A stretch of 64,000 nt of DNA from Candidatus Nomurabacteria bacterium (GTDB lineage Bacteria; Patescibacteriota; Minisyncoccia; Phycocordibacterales; CAIZLB01). The stretch covers positions 7,278 to 71,277 of the forward strand of contig CALRFG010000001.1 in assembly GCA_943356525.1 (NCBI GenBank), in the 5' to 3' direction. Under the pieces are notes generated by a model. The model was not told the DNA's origin. It worked only from the letters and a program-made list of their open reading frames with translations, and ran no database searches. A program made the position numbers and the translations under genes. Below, in pieces: positions 34,625 to 44,083 of the stretch (position 1 is the first letter of the stretch; the number at the start of each line of letters is the position of its first letter).

Positions 34625-37618
34625 TTATTTTTCTTTTGCTTTTTCTGCTGCTGCCGCTTTTTTTGCTAAGTCTTCATTCTTTTTTATTAAATCTTTATTA
34701 ACTTTTTCACGAACCTCTTTTACTTTTTCACCAGCATCATATACTTTTTCTTCAAGATCACGTCTAATATCAGATGGTATGTTTCCAGAATATGAATGCT
34801 CGGCATCTTCAAGGTTTCTTCTTGCTGTATTGAATTCCCTACTTTCTTTACCTGCTTTTTTATCCAAACCTGGTGATGTAGGGTCTTTAATCATTTCATC
34901 TATTGTTTTATCTTCAGGTAAAAGGGCTAATTTTTCTTTTATCTTTTTAATCATTGCTTCTGAATCCTTCTCATTCTGATCATTCTGGTATTTTCCCTCT
35001 TCTGCCTTGAACGCTGCCTCTGCTGCTTTAGCCTTAGCCTCTGCTTTTTGTGTTCTATAAGGTTTCCATAAACCTTTTTTATTAATTTTTGTAGCACCTG
35101 CACCTGTAGTGTGATATTTTGATACATCTCCTAAACCTTTTGCAACCTCTTTGTTGTCAAGTTTAAACTTTATACCAGTAATATTACCACCTGCGTCTCT
35201 TATTTCTTCACGTACCAATGCTTTATCCATTATTGCTGTAAGGTGTTTTGTACCATCTTTATTTTCTTTGTGAATTATATCTTTATTACCAAATGAAACT
35301 TTTGCTCTCTTCTCTATTTGCTTTTCTACGTACTCTTTATATTTATCAGCTTTTGCTGCATCAACTCCTATTGCACCATTTTTCTTTTCCCACTGCTCTT
35401 GTGTATCCGGTTTATATTTCTCAGCTGCCATTTTTATTAGGTTTTCTTCGTCCTCTTTTGAACCTTTTATTATTTTATTGTCTATTTCTTTTCTTTCCTT
35501 AGTTGTTTGAGCTTGTAATGCAACTGCTTTTCTTGCAAGAGCTGAACCTACAATCGGTACACCCCTTAATCCTAATGCACTATTTCTTAAAGCATCAGCA
35601 GCTGTCTCTTTTAGGTTAGCGCCAGGATTTGAAAATCCATCACCTGCACCTTTCCAAAAACCATTACCTCTAGATGCACTTCTGGCACCGTAACCTAGAC
35701 CCGTAACTGCGCGAAGAGGAACTTTTATCGCACCTACAGATGCACCCAATGTAGCCGCTCCCACCTTCTTAGCTAAGCCTGATGTCATCTTTGTTTGCCA
35801 ACCTGCAAATTTATTTGCTACACCGGTACCCAATTTATTTCCAATAGCACCATCACCTCCATCTCCCACATGCTTAACTCCGTAACTAATAGCTCTCATT
35901 AAAAACATTATAACTATACAGAAAACAGCTACAAGAGATATAGAAGACCCTAAGCCCGACGCTCCTACAGGTGGACTACATATTAGACTTAAAAGGCTTC
36001 CTCCATCTTTTTGTATTGTTGCCAATTTATCAAAAACAATAATAGCTATCAATATTTGAAAAAGATATAAGATTGGAAATAATAAAACATGCTGCATTTC
36101 TGACCACCATTTTCTACTTATTTGATTCATTCTTTCATTCCCAGGGATCACATAACCCCAAACCCAAAGAGGTGATCTTATAAATAAGAATATTATATTT
36201 ACTAAACGTATCAAAAATAATATAGCTGCTAGACCCAATGCTAATATAAGCACTATTAAAAATATTGTACCCAAAATAGAAACAGTAATCAATGATGTTG
36301 GATTGTTAGCACAAGTACCCTCGGCCTGTAGTGTTTTAGGTGTAAATATTTCTGAAACATTATAAAGACCCGTTAAACCTACAGTGTTCATAACCCTCAA
36401 AGATATAGACGATTCTTTATTAGCTGAGCTACTTTTCATTACTTCGTATATTTTTAAGGAAACAATATTTGACCCATCAACCATAAGTTTTGCGGCAAAT
36501 AATGAAAAATTCATAAGTATCGCAAAAATAACAACATTAGTTAGAATTTTTCTTGCATTGTACTTTGCATCATTTCCTATAAGTATCTGAACAGCTGTAA
36601 AAAGTAGTATAAAAATAAAAGTCATGTTTAATATATCTCTGATAAATGACCAAGTTATTTCAACGACACCCAGCTTTTTTAAAAACTCTGCAGAGTTTAC
36701 TGAAAGCTCCAAAGAATAATCAAAAAGTGTACCAACTAAATATGCAGCAAAAGAAGCAAGTTTAAATATAACATTTGTTAAGATTGCTACACCCCATAAC
36801 ATACAATTAGGTGACCAAAAATTAGTAACACCGCAATCAGGTTCTGAAACAGGTTGATTATAAGACGCAGCTTGCCTTTCTTTTTCGGTTATTATTTTTT
36901 GGTTTACACCACGATTGTTCAAAGCTCCAGTTTCTTGAAACTCTGCAGCATCTACAAGTGCTTGTGCTACTGCTATCTGCTGAGGAGTACCGCCATTTGA
37001 TCTTACATTTTCCAGTTCTTGTCTGGCTTCATCTGCTTTTTTTGTTGTCTCATCAACTTTTTGCTGTAAAGACTCTTCTGCAGCTCTTGCATTCCACAAT
37101 ACATTTTTATCATTTATAGTTGTCCCTTCGGGTCTACCTTGCGCTTTATCTATGATGTTTAGTTGCTCATTGGCTTCGACTGATTCTTTTACAGTTGGTT
37201 TTAATACTGTATAAAAATTACCACCTGTACCGTTATCTCTCCTTTTTGTTGCATATGCAATATTAACATCCTTACCTGGTTTTTCTTTATATACAAAAGT
37301 ACTTACATTTGAACTATTTTCTCTGTATACATTATATTTTGTTATATTATCAGCAAATGGAACCAAATCAGCTTTAAGCTTAACTTTTAATGCATCAATC
37401 TCTTCATCTGTTAATTGTGGGTTGGAAGGGTTTGCGTTAAATAATGTAAAATAAGCCTCATCTACAATATAACCACTTGCCTTATCATTATCATTCAAAT
37501 ACCCTTTTGTGTCTCCTACTACATCAACTTTTGCTTCTACTAGTTTTGGAATAACGAACATCGAACATAAAAAAAATACCAACAAAAAAATATTTTTCTT
37601 AGAATTAAAATTAGACAT
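34625..37618 (-). CDS. large polytopic membrane protein, VirB6/TrbL-like (putative T4SS channel subunit)
   Basis: 997 aa. Signal peptide, ~270-aa extracytoplasmic domain, 5-7 TM helices, then a long Lys/Glu/Ala-rich coiled-coil-like C-terminal tail. Confidence 0.45.
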   Translation of the reverse strand: MSNFNSKKNIFLLVFFLCSMFVIPKLVEAKVDVVGDTKGYLNDNDKASGYIVDEAYFTLFNANPSNPQLTDEEIDALKVKLKADLVPFADNITKYNVYRENSSNVSTFVYKEKPGKDVNIAYATKRRDNGTGGNFYTVLKPTVKESVEANEQLNIIDKAQGRPEGTTINDKNVLWNARAAEESLQQKVDETTKKADEARQELENVRSNGGTPQQIAVAQALVDAAEFQETGALNNRGVNQKIITEKERQAASYNQPVSEPDCGVTNFWSPNCMLWGVAILTNVIFKLASFAAYLVGTLFDYSLELSVNSAEFLKKLGVVEITWSFIRDILNMTFIFILLFTAVQILIGNDAKYNARKILTNVVIFAILMNFSLFAAKLMVDGSNIVSLKIYEVMKSSSANKESSISLRVMNTVGLTGLYNVSEIFTPKTLQAEGTCANNPTSLITVSILGTIFLIVLILALGLAAILFLIRLVNIIFLFIRSPLWVWGYVIPGNERMNQISRKWWSEMQHVLLFPILYLFQILIAIIVFDKLATIQKDGGSLLSLICSPPVGASGLGSSISLVAVFCIVIMFLMRAISYGVKHVGDGGDGAIGNKLGTGVANKFAGWQTKMTSGLAKKVGAATLGASVGAIKVPLRAVTGLGYGARSASRGNGFWKGAGDGFSNPGANLKETAADALRNSALGLRGVPIVGSALARKAVALQAQTTKERKEIDNKIIKGSKEDEENLIKMAAEKYKPDTQEQWEKKNGAIGVDAAKADKYKEYVEKQIEKRAKVSFGNKDIIHKENKDGTKHLTAIMDKALVREEIRDAGGNITGIKFKLDNKEVAKGLGDVSKYHTTGAGATKINKKGLWKPYRTQKAEAKAKAAEAAFKAEEGKYQNDQNEKDSEAMIKKIKEKLALLPEDKTIDEMIKDPTSPGLDKKAGKESREFNTARRNLEDAEHSYSGNIPSDIRRDLEEKVYDAGEKVKEVREKVNKDLIKKNEDLAKKAAAAEKAKEK

Positions 37619-37658
37619 ACTTAACTAAAGTATACTACAAATAAATTAAAATATTAAA

Positions 37659-38858
37659 TTAATTAGTGTTTACTTTCTCTAATGTTTTATCAATAGCTAC
37701 TGTTATAAGTTGATCAACTAGTGCTGTTACAACTTGATCAAATTTATCAACTAAAAGAAGTCTATTTGTACCAATTTCTAAAGATGACTGTGCCTTCCCT
37801 AGTATGATTTTACCAGGTGTCGTTATAGGACATTTTGATTTATCTTTTTCTGTACCTTCACATTTTCTAAAACTTAGAATACCGTCATTCCAGTTCAACT
37901 CTGTAGTCTTACTTAGTTTAACTGCAGCTACCTGACTGTATAAGTTTTCATTTGTTCTAAAATATGTATCATAAGGGTTGTTGTTTGGGTTTTGTGTTAA
38001 CTGAAACCAAGTATTCCAACCACCACCTTCGGTAAAATTACCACCTAAAAATGCATTTAATTGACCCGGGTTTTGATCAAAAGGGCAACCGTTAAAATTA
38101 TTTTGACCTTGTTGACCATATCCACCATTTTCATAACCTTGTTGACCATAATAGTTTTGTTTATTTCTTCCATATCTACTTAATATAGATGAAACTATTG
38201 TACCTTTAAAAGCACCGCATACGTTTGAGTTAACACCATATGCCAAATTCTGTATAAAAGCTCTTTTTTCTGCATTAGCAAGATCGGTAAAAAATTGATC
38301 AGGATTTGTTAAAAAAGCTGGATTACCTTCAAAACCTGTGTTAATCCACTGTATAGTAGAGTCTGCGATATATACAAGCATTGAGTTAACTATACAATAA
38401 GCCATAGCATCCCAACTGGGTAATGCCATTGATCCTATACCCCCTATACCTAAAACTGTACCAACCCTAGCACTAGTTTCTGTTGTTATATTTGCCTTAA
38501 CAATACCGCTTTCTGCTGTAGGTACATTTAAAAGACTGTCTGTTACAGTACTTTCTGCACCTGTTACAGCTGATACTATTGCCTTTGATAAAATTTGTGA
38601 ACCAATGCAACTTGCTACACCTCCTATGGCCTGAGCTATCGCCGGGTTTGAGTTTGGAGATGAGCTTGCTTGTGAAGTTGCAAGTACACTATCTTGTATT
38701 TGACTATTTATATACTCTGGAGTCAATGTATTTTCATTAACTACAATTGCCCTAGGTGCATTGGTAGTATCCACTGTCTGTGCAAAAACTATAGCAGGAC
38801 TAAAAACTAAAATAAATATTATTATCGAAACTATTATTTTTTCTAAAGTTTTTTTCAT
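37659..38858 (-). CDS. hypothetical secreted protein (T4SS locus)
   Basis: 399 aa with a signal peptide (MKKTLEKIIVSIIIFILVFSPAIVFA). Gly/Gln/Asn-rich segment. Confidence 0.5.
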   Translation of the reverse strand: MKKTLEKIIVSIIIFILVFSPAIVFAQTVDTTNAPRAIVVNENTLTPEYINSQIQDSVLATSQASSSPNSNPAIAQAIGGVASCIGSQILSKAIVSAVTGAESTVTDSLLNVPTAESGIVKANITTETSARVGTVLGIGGIGSMALPSWDAMAYCIVNSMLVYIADSTIQWINTGFEGNPAFLTNPDQFFTDLANAEKRAFIQNLAYGVNSNVCGAFKGTIVSSILSRYGRNKQNYYGQQGYENGGYGQQGQNNFNGCPFDQNPGQLNAFLGGNFTEGGGWNTWFQLTQNPNNNPYDTYFRTNENLYSQVAAVKLSKTTELNWNDGILSFRKCEGTEKDKSKCPITTPGKIILGKAQSSLEIGTNRLLLVDKFDQVVTALVDQLITVAIDKTLEKVNTN

Positions 38859-38863
38859 TTTTT

Positions 38864-39706
38864 TTATTCTAGTTTTATAGATGTGTTATTTACATTATTT
38901 GATATCCAAAAAAATCCAGGATCACTCTCAGTATAATCTATTTTATTAAGTATAATGGTTTTTTTTATTTTTTCAAAACTTATCAAAACTTCATTTGTTG
39001 CAACTTTAATTTTGTTTAGTCCTAAAAGAGCTTTTGCTGGATCTGTTAATTGTTGATCCATCATGATTAAACCTTCACTATATTTTTTTAAACCATTAAT
39101 TAAAATTATATGATTATCAGATAAAGATTCAGGTACTTCTGTCATTGTTAAAAGTTCTGCTGTTTTCTTATATATACTTGCAATATATGGGGTTTTATTT
39201 GTTTTATTATTTAATGAGTTTATTCCTTTATTTGTAGCATTTTGTATAACAGCAATATTATTTCCGTACACCTTTAGATTATTTATATTTGAAGAAACTA
39301 TTTTTATATCACTGTAAATTACAGGGTTTTCTAATTCATTTTTTGTTTTTAAAACACTTTCGGTAGCATCTAAAACATCATCCTTATTAATTTCACCAGA
39401 AGCATTGTATTTTATATATTGAGTAAAAATATCTTTTGATAGTCCATCACTTAAATTGTCGGTACTATTTTTTTTAAAACTATCTGAAAACCTTTCAAGA
39501 TATTTAACATTTTCATTAACAACTGTTTCTAATATATTAGCTTGATATTGATCAGCTTTTGTTTGCATTTTTCCACTAGAGTCAGCAACTACATTATCAG
39601 AGTTATTAGCTTCTATTTTATTTTTATAAGTTACGGCAAAAACTATTATTAGTGATACCACACAAACTGAAATAATGTTTAAAGTCTTCTTATTCATTAA
39701 TATCAT
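38864..39706 (-). CDS. hypothetical membrane-anchored protein (bitopic, VirB8/TcpC-like topology)
   Basis: 280 aa with a single N-terminal TM and an extracytoplasmic domain. Confidence 0.4.
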   Translation of the reverse strand: MILMNKKTLNIISVCVVSLIIVFAVTYKNKIEANNSDNVVADSSGKMQTKADQYQANILETVVNENVKYLERFSDSFKKNSTDNLSDGLSKDIFTQYIKYNASGEINKDDVLDATESVLKTKNELENPVIYSDIKIVSSNINNLKVYGNNIAVIQNATNKGINSLNNKTNKTPYIASIYKKTAELLTMTEVPESLSDNHIILINGLKKYSEGLIMMDQQLTDPAKALLGLNKIKVATNEVLISFEKIKKTIILNKIDYTESDPGFFWISNNVNNTSIKLE

Positions 39707-40502
39707 TATATACCAATTTTGTTATATAAATCCAATCAACAGGTATTATGTTTTCCGGTCTTTCTTTTTTAAACTTATCATCAGTTATTTTTAAGGTAGA
39801 ACCAAGCTGTTTTCTTTTACTGTTGAATGCTTTTTTTGCTGTTTCCCAGTATTTTTTTTCTATATATTTTATACTCGCTTTTGTCTCATTTTCAAATATG
39901 TTTTTGTTTATATTTTTTATTATCAAAACAGCAGAATCAACTTTCGGCGCTGGGACAAAATTTCCTTTTGACACTTTCATAAAAATGTAAGGTTCGCCAT
40001 ATGTTTTAATACCCAAAGAAAATAAACTCATCTTTTTGTCCATTGCCCTGTCCGCTATCTCTTTTTGAACCATAAAAATCATAGTTTTTGGTTGATTTTT
40101 GGCTTCTAGGAACTTTTTAAATATAAAACCGGTGAGATAATAGGGTATGTTTGCGATTATTACATAATCTTGAGATATTTTATCTTGTTTTTTGTCATCT
40201 ATGTCAAAAAGCCTTATATCTTGGTGTATTATTTCCAGATTTTTAGTTGTTTTAATATTTTTTTCAAACCTTTCATTCAACAAAGGTATTGCCCTATCGT
40301 CTGTTTCTATACAAATAAGCTTATTTTTTGGGAATATTTTAAGTATTTCAGCGGTCAACTCCCCTGTTCCTGGGCCTATTTCTATGATATTTGTATTTTC
40401 ACCTATATACTGCTTGGCTTCTTCAACAATTTTCTTTATTATGGTCGTATTTTTCAGGAAATTTTGACCCAATGATTTTTTAGCTTCTAAGTTATATTCC
40501 AT
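39690..40502 (-). CDS. rsmA: 16S rRNA (adenine1518/1519-N6)-dimethyltransferase RsmA/KsgA
   Basis: LGQNFL and EIGPGTGELT motifs. The track start at 40520 adds 6 residues; MEYNLEAKKSLGQNFL is the likelier start. Confidence 0.85.
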   Translation of the reverse strand: MEYNLEAKKSLGQNFLKNTTIIKKIVEEAKQYIGENTNIIEIGPGTGELTAEILKIFPKNKLICIETDDRAIPLLNERFEKNIKTTKNLEIIHQDIRLFDIDDKKQDKISQDYVIIANIPYYLTGFIFKKFLEAKNQPKTMIFMVQKEIADRAMDKKMSLFSLGIKTYGEPYIFMKVSKGNFVPAPKVDSAVLIIKNINKNIFENETKASIKYIEKKYWETAKKAFNSKRKQLGSTLKITDDKFKKERPENIIPVDWIYITKLVYNDINE

Positions 40503-40513
40503 ATTACCCCAAT

Positions 40514-42520
40514 TTACCAATCTATCTCAGATAAGTCTAGTAAATCGCGTTTATCGCCATTGTCTTTGTTACCATTATTTGACCCATAAACTTTGTTATA
40601 TGTGGTGTTATCATTGTGATCTATCAGTTTTTCATTTATATCTTTTATAAAATTTGACATAGTTCTTACTTGACGTGCTCCAAATATTGTTCTTATTATT
40701 GCATTTGATAGATGCAACTTTTTCTTTGCTCTGGTTAGGGCTACATAGAAAAGCCTTCTCTCCTCCTCATCATCTCTGTCTGCACTGGTTTCATTTGCTC
40801 TTTCATATGGAAATAAACTTTCTTCCATTCCAACTATAAAAACATAATCATACTCTAAACCTTTTGATGCGTGAACCGTCATAAGTCTAACTTTGTTTTG
40901 TTGATCTTTTTTATCAAGCTCATCTTGATCTGACATAAGTGAAGTTTCTTCAAGGAAAAGTTCTAAAGCTTCTTCTGGTTCAAATCCATCATATTTTGTT
41001 GTTAAGGAAATAAGTTCTTTTATGTTTTCTAGCTTTTCTAAATCATCCTCACTTTTTGTTAAATATGATTTTTCTATACCAGAATTTTTAAAAATATATT
41101 TAAAAACCTCAGAAAGTTTTTCTGTTTTTGTTTTATTTTCTATAACATCCAGTAATGCAAAATACTCCTTAACTTTTATTTGCGTTGCTTGGGTTAAATC
41201 TTTTATTCTATCTTCAACTATTTTTATTAAACTAACTGCACCTATACCACGTGCTGGAGTATTAATTGTTCTTTTAATATCCGTAATCGAATCTCTGTTA
41301 ACAGCAGCTTTAAGATATGAAATCATATCCTTTATTTCTTTTCTTTCAAAAAACCTTACTCCTAAAACTTGATATGGAACATTAAACATAAGACATGATT
41401 CTTCTAATACACGAGATTGGAAGTTTGCACGATAAAGTACAGCTATTTCTTTTGGCTCTACGCCCTGCTGTATAAGGCTTTTTATTTTTCCTATAACATA
41501 TCTTGATTCATCAACTTCATCAAAACCTGTATAAACCTCTATCTTATCTCCAGATTCTTTTTGTGTAAATAAATTTTTCTTCTTTCTATAAATATTTTTC
41601 TCAATAACATTGTTTGCTGCCTCTATAATATTTGCAGTTGATCTATAATTTTCCTCAAGAAGAACCATTTCTGTTCCAGGAAAATCATTTTCAAATTCTA
41701 ATATATGAGAAATATTCGCACCTCTCCATGAATAAATAGTTTGATCAGCATCACCTACTACTACTATATTTTTATTTTCACCTGCTAAAAGTTTACACAA
41801 TTCATATTGTATAGGGTTTGTATCTTGATACTCATCTACATGTATATATTGCCAAAGATTATTTAGTTTTTGTTTTATTTCCGGATTCTCTTTCATTATT
41901 TTTACAGGTAAAGTAAGTAGATCATCAAAGTCTACATTTTTTTCTTTTCGTAGTTCAGCATCATACTGCGCCCAAACAGCTTGTACTGTTTCACCTAAAA
42001 AACCATCATGTCCTGATAAGACTTTGGTCGTGTATTCTGCTAAGGTTATGTTTTCACCCTTATTTTTTGATATCATATTTAAAACTTTTGAAGGCTCTAC
42101 TTTTTTAGGATCATGCCCTTTTCTTACAAGTATTTCTTTCACTTTTTTACGACTATCATCGCGGTCTAGTATGGTAAAGTTTTTATTTATACCTTGTGTG
42201 TATCCAAAATTTTTCAAAATATAAACGCCAAGGCTGTGAAATGTAGAAAGAAATGGATGCCTATTCCCTATAACGGCATGCAAGTCTCTATCACCTTCTA
42301 TCATCTGATGAACTCTTTCTCTCATCTCTTTTGCAGCCTTGTTTGTAAAAGTTATTGCTAATATGTTTTCAGGCTGTATACCACTTTTTATCAGATTAAC
42401 TATACGTGTGGTTACTGTTTTAGTCTTTCCTGCCCCGGCACCAGCGATTATAAGTATCGGTCCATTGATCTTTAATACTGCTTTTTGTTGAGCGGGATTT
42501 AATTGGTCTATATAATTCAT
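40514..42520 (-). CDS. pcrA: UvrD/PcrA-family ATP-dependent DNA helicase
   Basis: Walker A AGAGAGKTKT. TFHSLG. Helicase motifs QDTNPIQ and VGDADQTIYSWRGA. Confidence 0.9.
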   Translation of the reverse strand: MNYIDQLNPAQQKAVLKINGPILIIAGAGAGKTKTVTTRIVNLIKSGIQPENILAITFTNKAAKEMRERVHQMIEGDRDLHAVIGNRHPFLSTFHSLGVYILKNFGYTQGINKNFTILDRDDSRKKVKEILVRKGHDPKKVEPSKVLNMISKNKGENITLAEYTTKVLSGHDGFLGETVQAVWAQYDAELRKEKNVDFDDLLTLPVKIMKENPEIKQKLNNLWQYIHVDEYQDTNPIQYELCKLLAGENKNIVVVGDADQTIYSWRGANISHILEFENDFPGTEMVLLEENYRSTANIIEAANNVIEKNIYRKKKNLFTQKESGDKIEVYTGFDEVDESRYVIGKIKSLIQQGVEPKEIAVLYRANFQSRVLEESCLMFNVPYQVLGVRFFERKEIKDMISYLKAAVNRDSITDIKRTINTPARGIGAVSLIKIVEDRIKDLTQATQIKVKEYFALLDVIENKTKTEKLSEVFKYIFKNSGIEKSYLTKSEDDLEKLENIKELISLTTKYDGFEPEEALELFLEETSLMSDQDELDKKDQQNKVRLMTVHASKGLEYDYVFIVGMEESLFPYERANETSADRDDEEERRLFYVALTRAKKKLHLSNAIIRTIFGARQVRTMSNFIKDINEKLIDHNDNTTYNKVYGSNNGNKDNGDKRDLLDLSEIDW

Positions 42521-43063
42521 TAAGCTTTTATTTGTTTAAAACATTAGATAAAACCTGCTGTTTAAGGTTGCCTGGAGACATTTATCTTTATGTTGTAGGA
42601 TTTTTAATTTTTTATAAATTCGGATAAATACTCTGAATGGAACTTTTATTTCTTGTTTAATATACCATAATCCATCCTCAAGGCATTTAAATATCATCAG
42701 TATTATCTGTTTCTAGACTTTTAATTATATCATCGGTGGTTTTTTTTAGCTAAATTTGGAGCATTCTTGCTTTTATGTGTCAAAACTATACCACACAAAA
42801 TAACTTGATTACAATATATTTTCAATATAACATATAGATTGTGCAATGAGTTTTAACATCCCTTTTTTTTCAGATAGTTAAAGATCATTTTATTCGTTTA
42901 AGATAAAACTATTTTATACAAATCTTCAAATTCACTAGCGGGTTTCCTTATATTTTCAGGGTTATTAACAGGTTTTGTTCAGGTAAATTTAAATAATCAT
43001 ACAATAAGCGCAGGTGGTAAGACTGACGCTAGTTCTTCTTCTGTTTTTGATTTAAACAAAAAC

Positions 43064-44083
43064 TTGGGCTTAACAGAGGGTTTATTACCAGGTGTTTTTT
43101 ATAATATTGAAAAAAACACTTATACTAAGAGTAAAAAACAGAAAATAACAGTAAAAGCTTTTATGTTAGATAAAAAAACCATTGTTATTAAGGGTTTAAA
43201 CGAGGATATGGATAATTTACTTCTAAAAACGATTGATTTAGATATTAAAAACATAGATATATCTACAACGACTTTCGGTACTGATATTATACCTGTAACT
43301 ATTGAAGTGGCCCTAAATGATGACGCTGTGGAGTTAAAATATGATGATAATAGTGATATTGTCGAATACGAAGTTGTTTCAGGTGATAATATAAGCTCTA
43401 TTGCAGACAGGTTTAACGTATCGGTTGACACCGTTTTGTGGGCAAACGACTTAAATTCAAAAAGTAGTATAAAAGTTGGTCAAAAACTAGTTATACTTCC
43501 AGTTTCAGGTATATCATATAAGGTTAAAAGTGGTGATACTTTGAGTGGTCTATCTAATAGATTTGATGTTACAGAAAGGGATATTATCGGATTTAATAAA
43601 ACTGATGGAGATAAATTAATTATTGGTGAAAACATAATTATACCAGGGGGTAAAATAAGTACTCAGGCTAATGTAAATAATCCTATAAAAAACCTAGGTA
43701 AAACAGTTATAGATTCAAATAATAATACAAAAGTTAGTTCTTCTGGCATGATTAGACCTATCAATGGTGTTAAAACCCAAGGTATACACGGTAATAATGG
43801 TGTTGATTTTGGTGCAAACATAGGTACACCTGTTTATGCTGCTCTGGACGGTGTTGTAACTCTTACAAGAGGCGGTGATTCATGGAATGGAGGATATGGT
43901 AATTATATAGTTATAAAGCACAACAACGGTACACAGACATTGTATGCTCACTTGAGTAATATATCAATAAATAAGGGTCAAAATGTAGATAGAGGTCAAG
44001 TTATAGGTAAATCAGGAAACTCTGGTCAGTCAACAGGACCACATCTACACTTCGAGGTTCGCGGCTCTAAAAATCCTTTTTAA
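43064..44083 (+). CDS. M23 family peptidoglycan endopeptidase with two LysM domains
   Basis: LysM repeats (YEVVSGDNISSIADRFNV, YKVKSGDTLSGLSNRF). M23 motifs HGNNGVDFGA...YAHLS...GPHLHFEV. The frame is open upstream to 42902 across a signal-peptide-like stretch with no canonical start. Confidence 0.8.
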   Translation: MGLTEGLLPGVFYNIEKNTYTKSKKQKITVKAFMLDKKTIVIKGLNEDMDNLLLKTIDLDIKNIDISTTTFGTDIIPVTIEVALNDDAVELKYDDNSDIVEYEVVSGDNISSIADRFNVSVDTVLWANDLNSKSSIKVGQKLVILPVSGISYKVKSGDTLSGLSNRFDVTERDIIGFNKTDGDKLIIGENIIIPGGKISTQANVNNPIKNLGKTVIDSNNNTKVSSSGMIRPINGVKTQGIHGNNGVDFGANIGTPVYAALDGVVTLTRGGDSWNGGYGNYIVIKHNNGTQTLYAHLSNISINKGQNVDRGQVIGKSGNSGQSTGPHLHFEVRGSKNPF

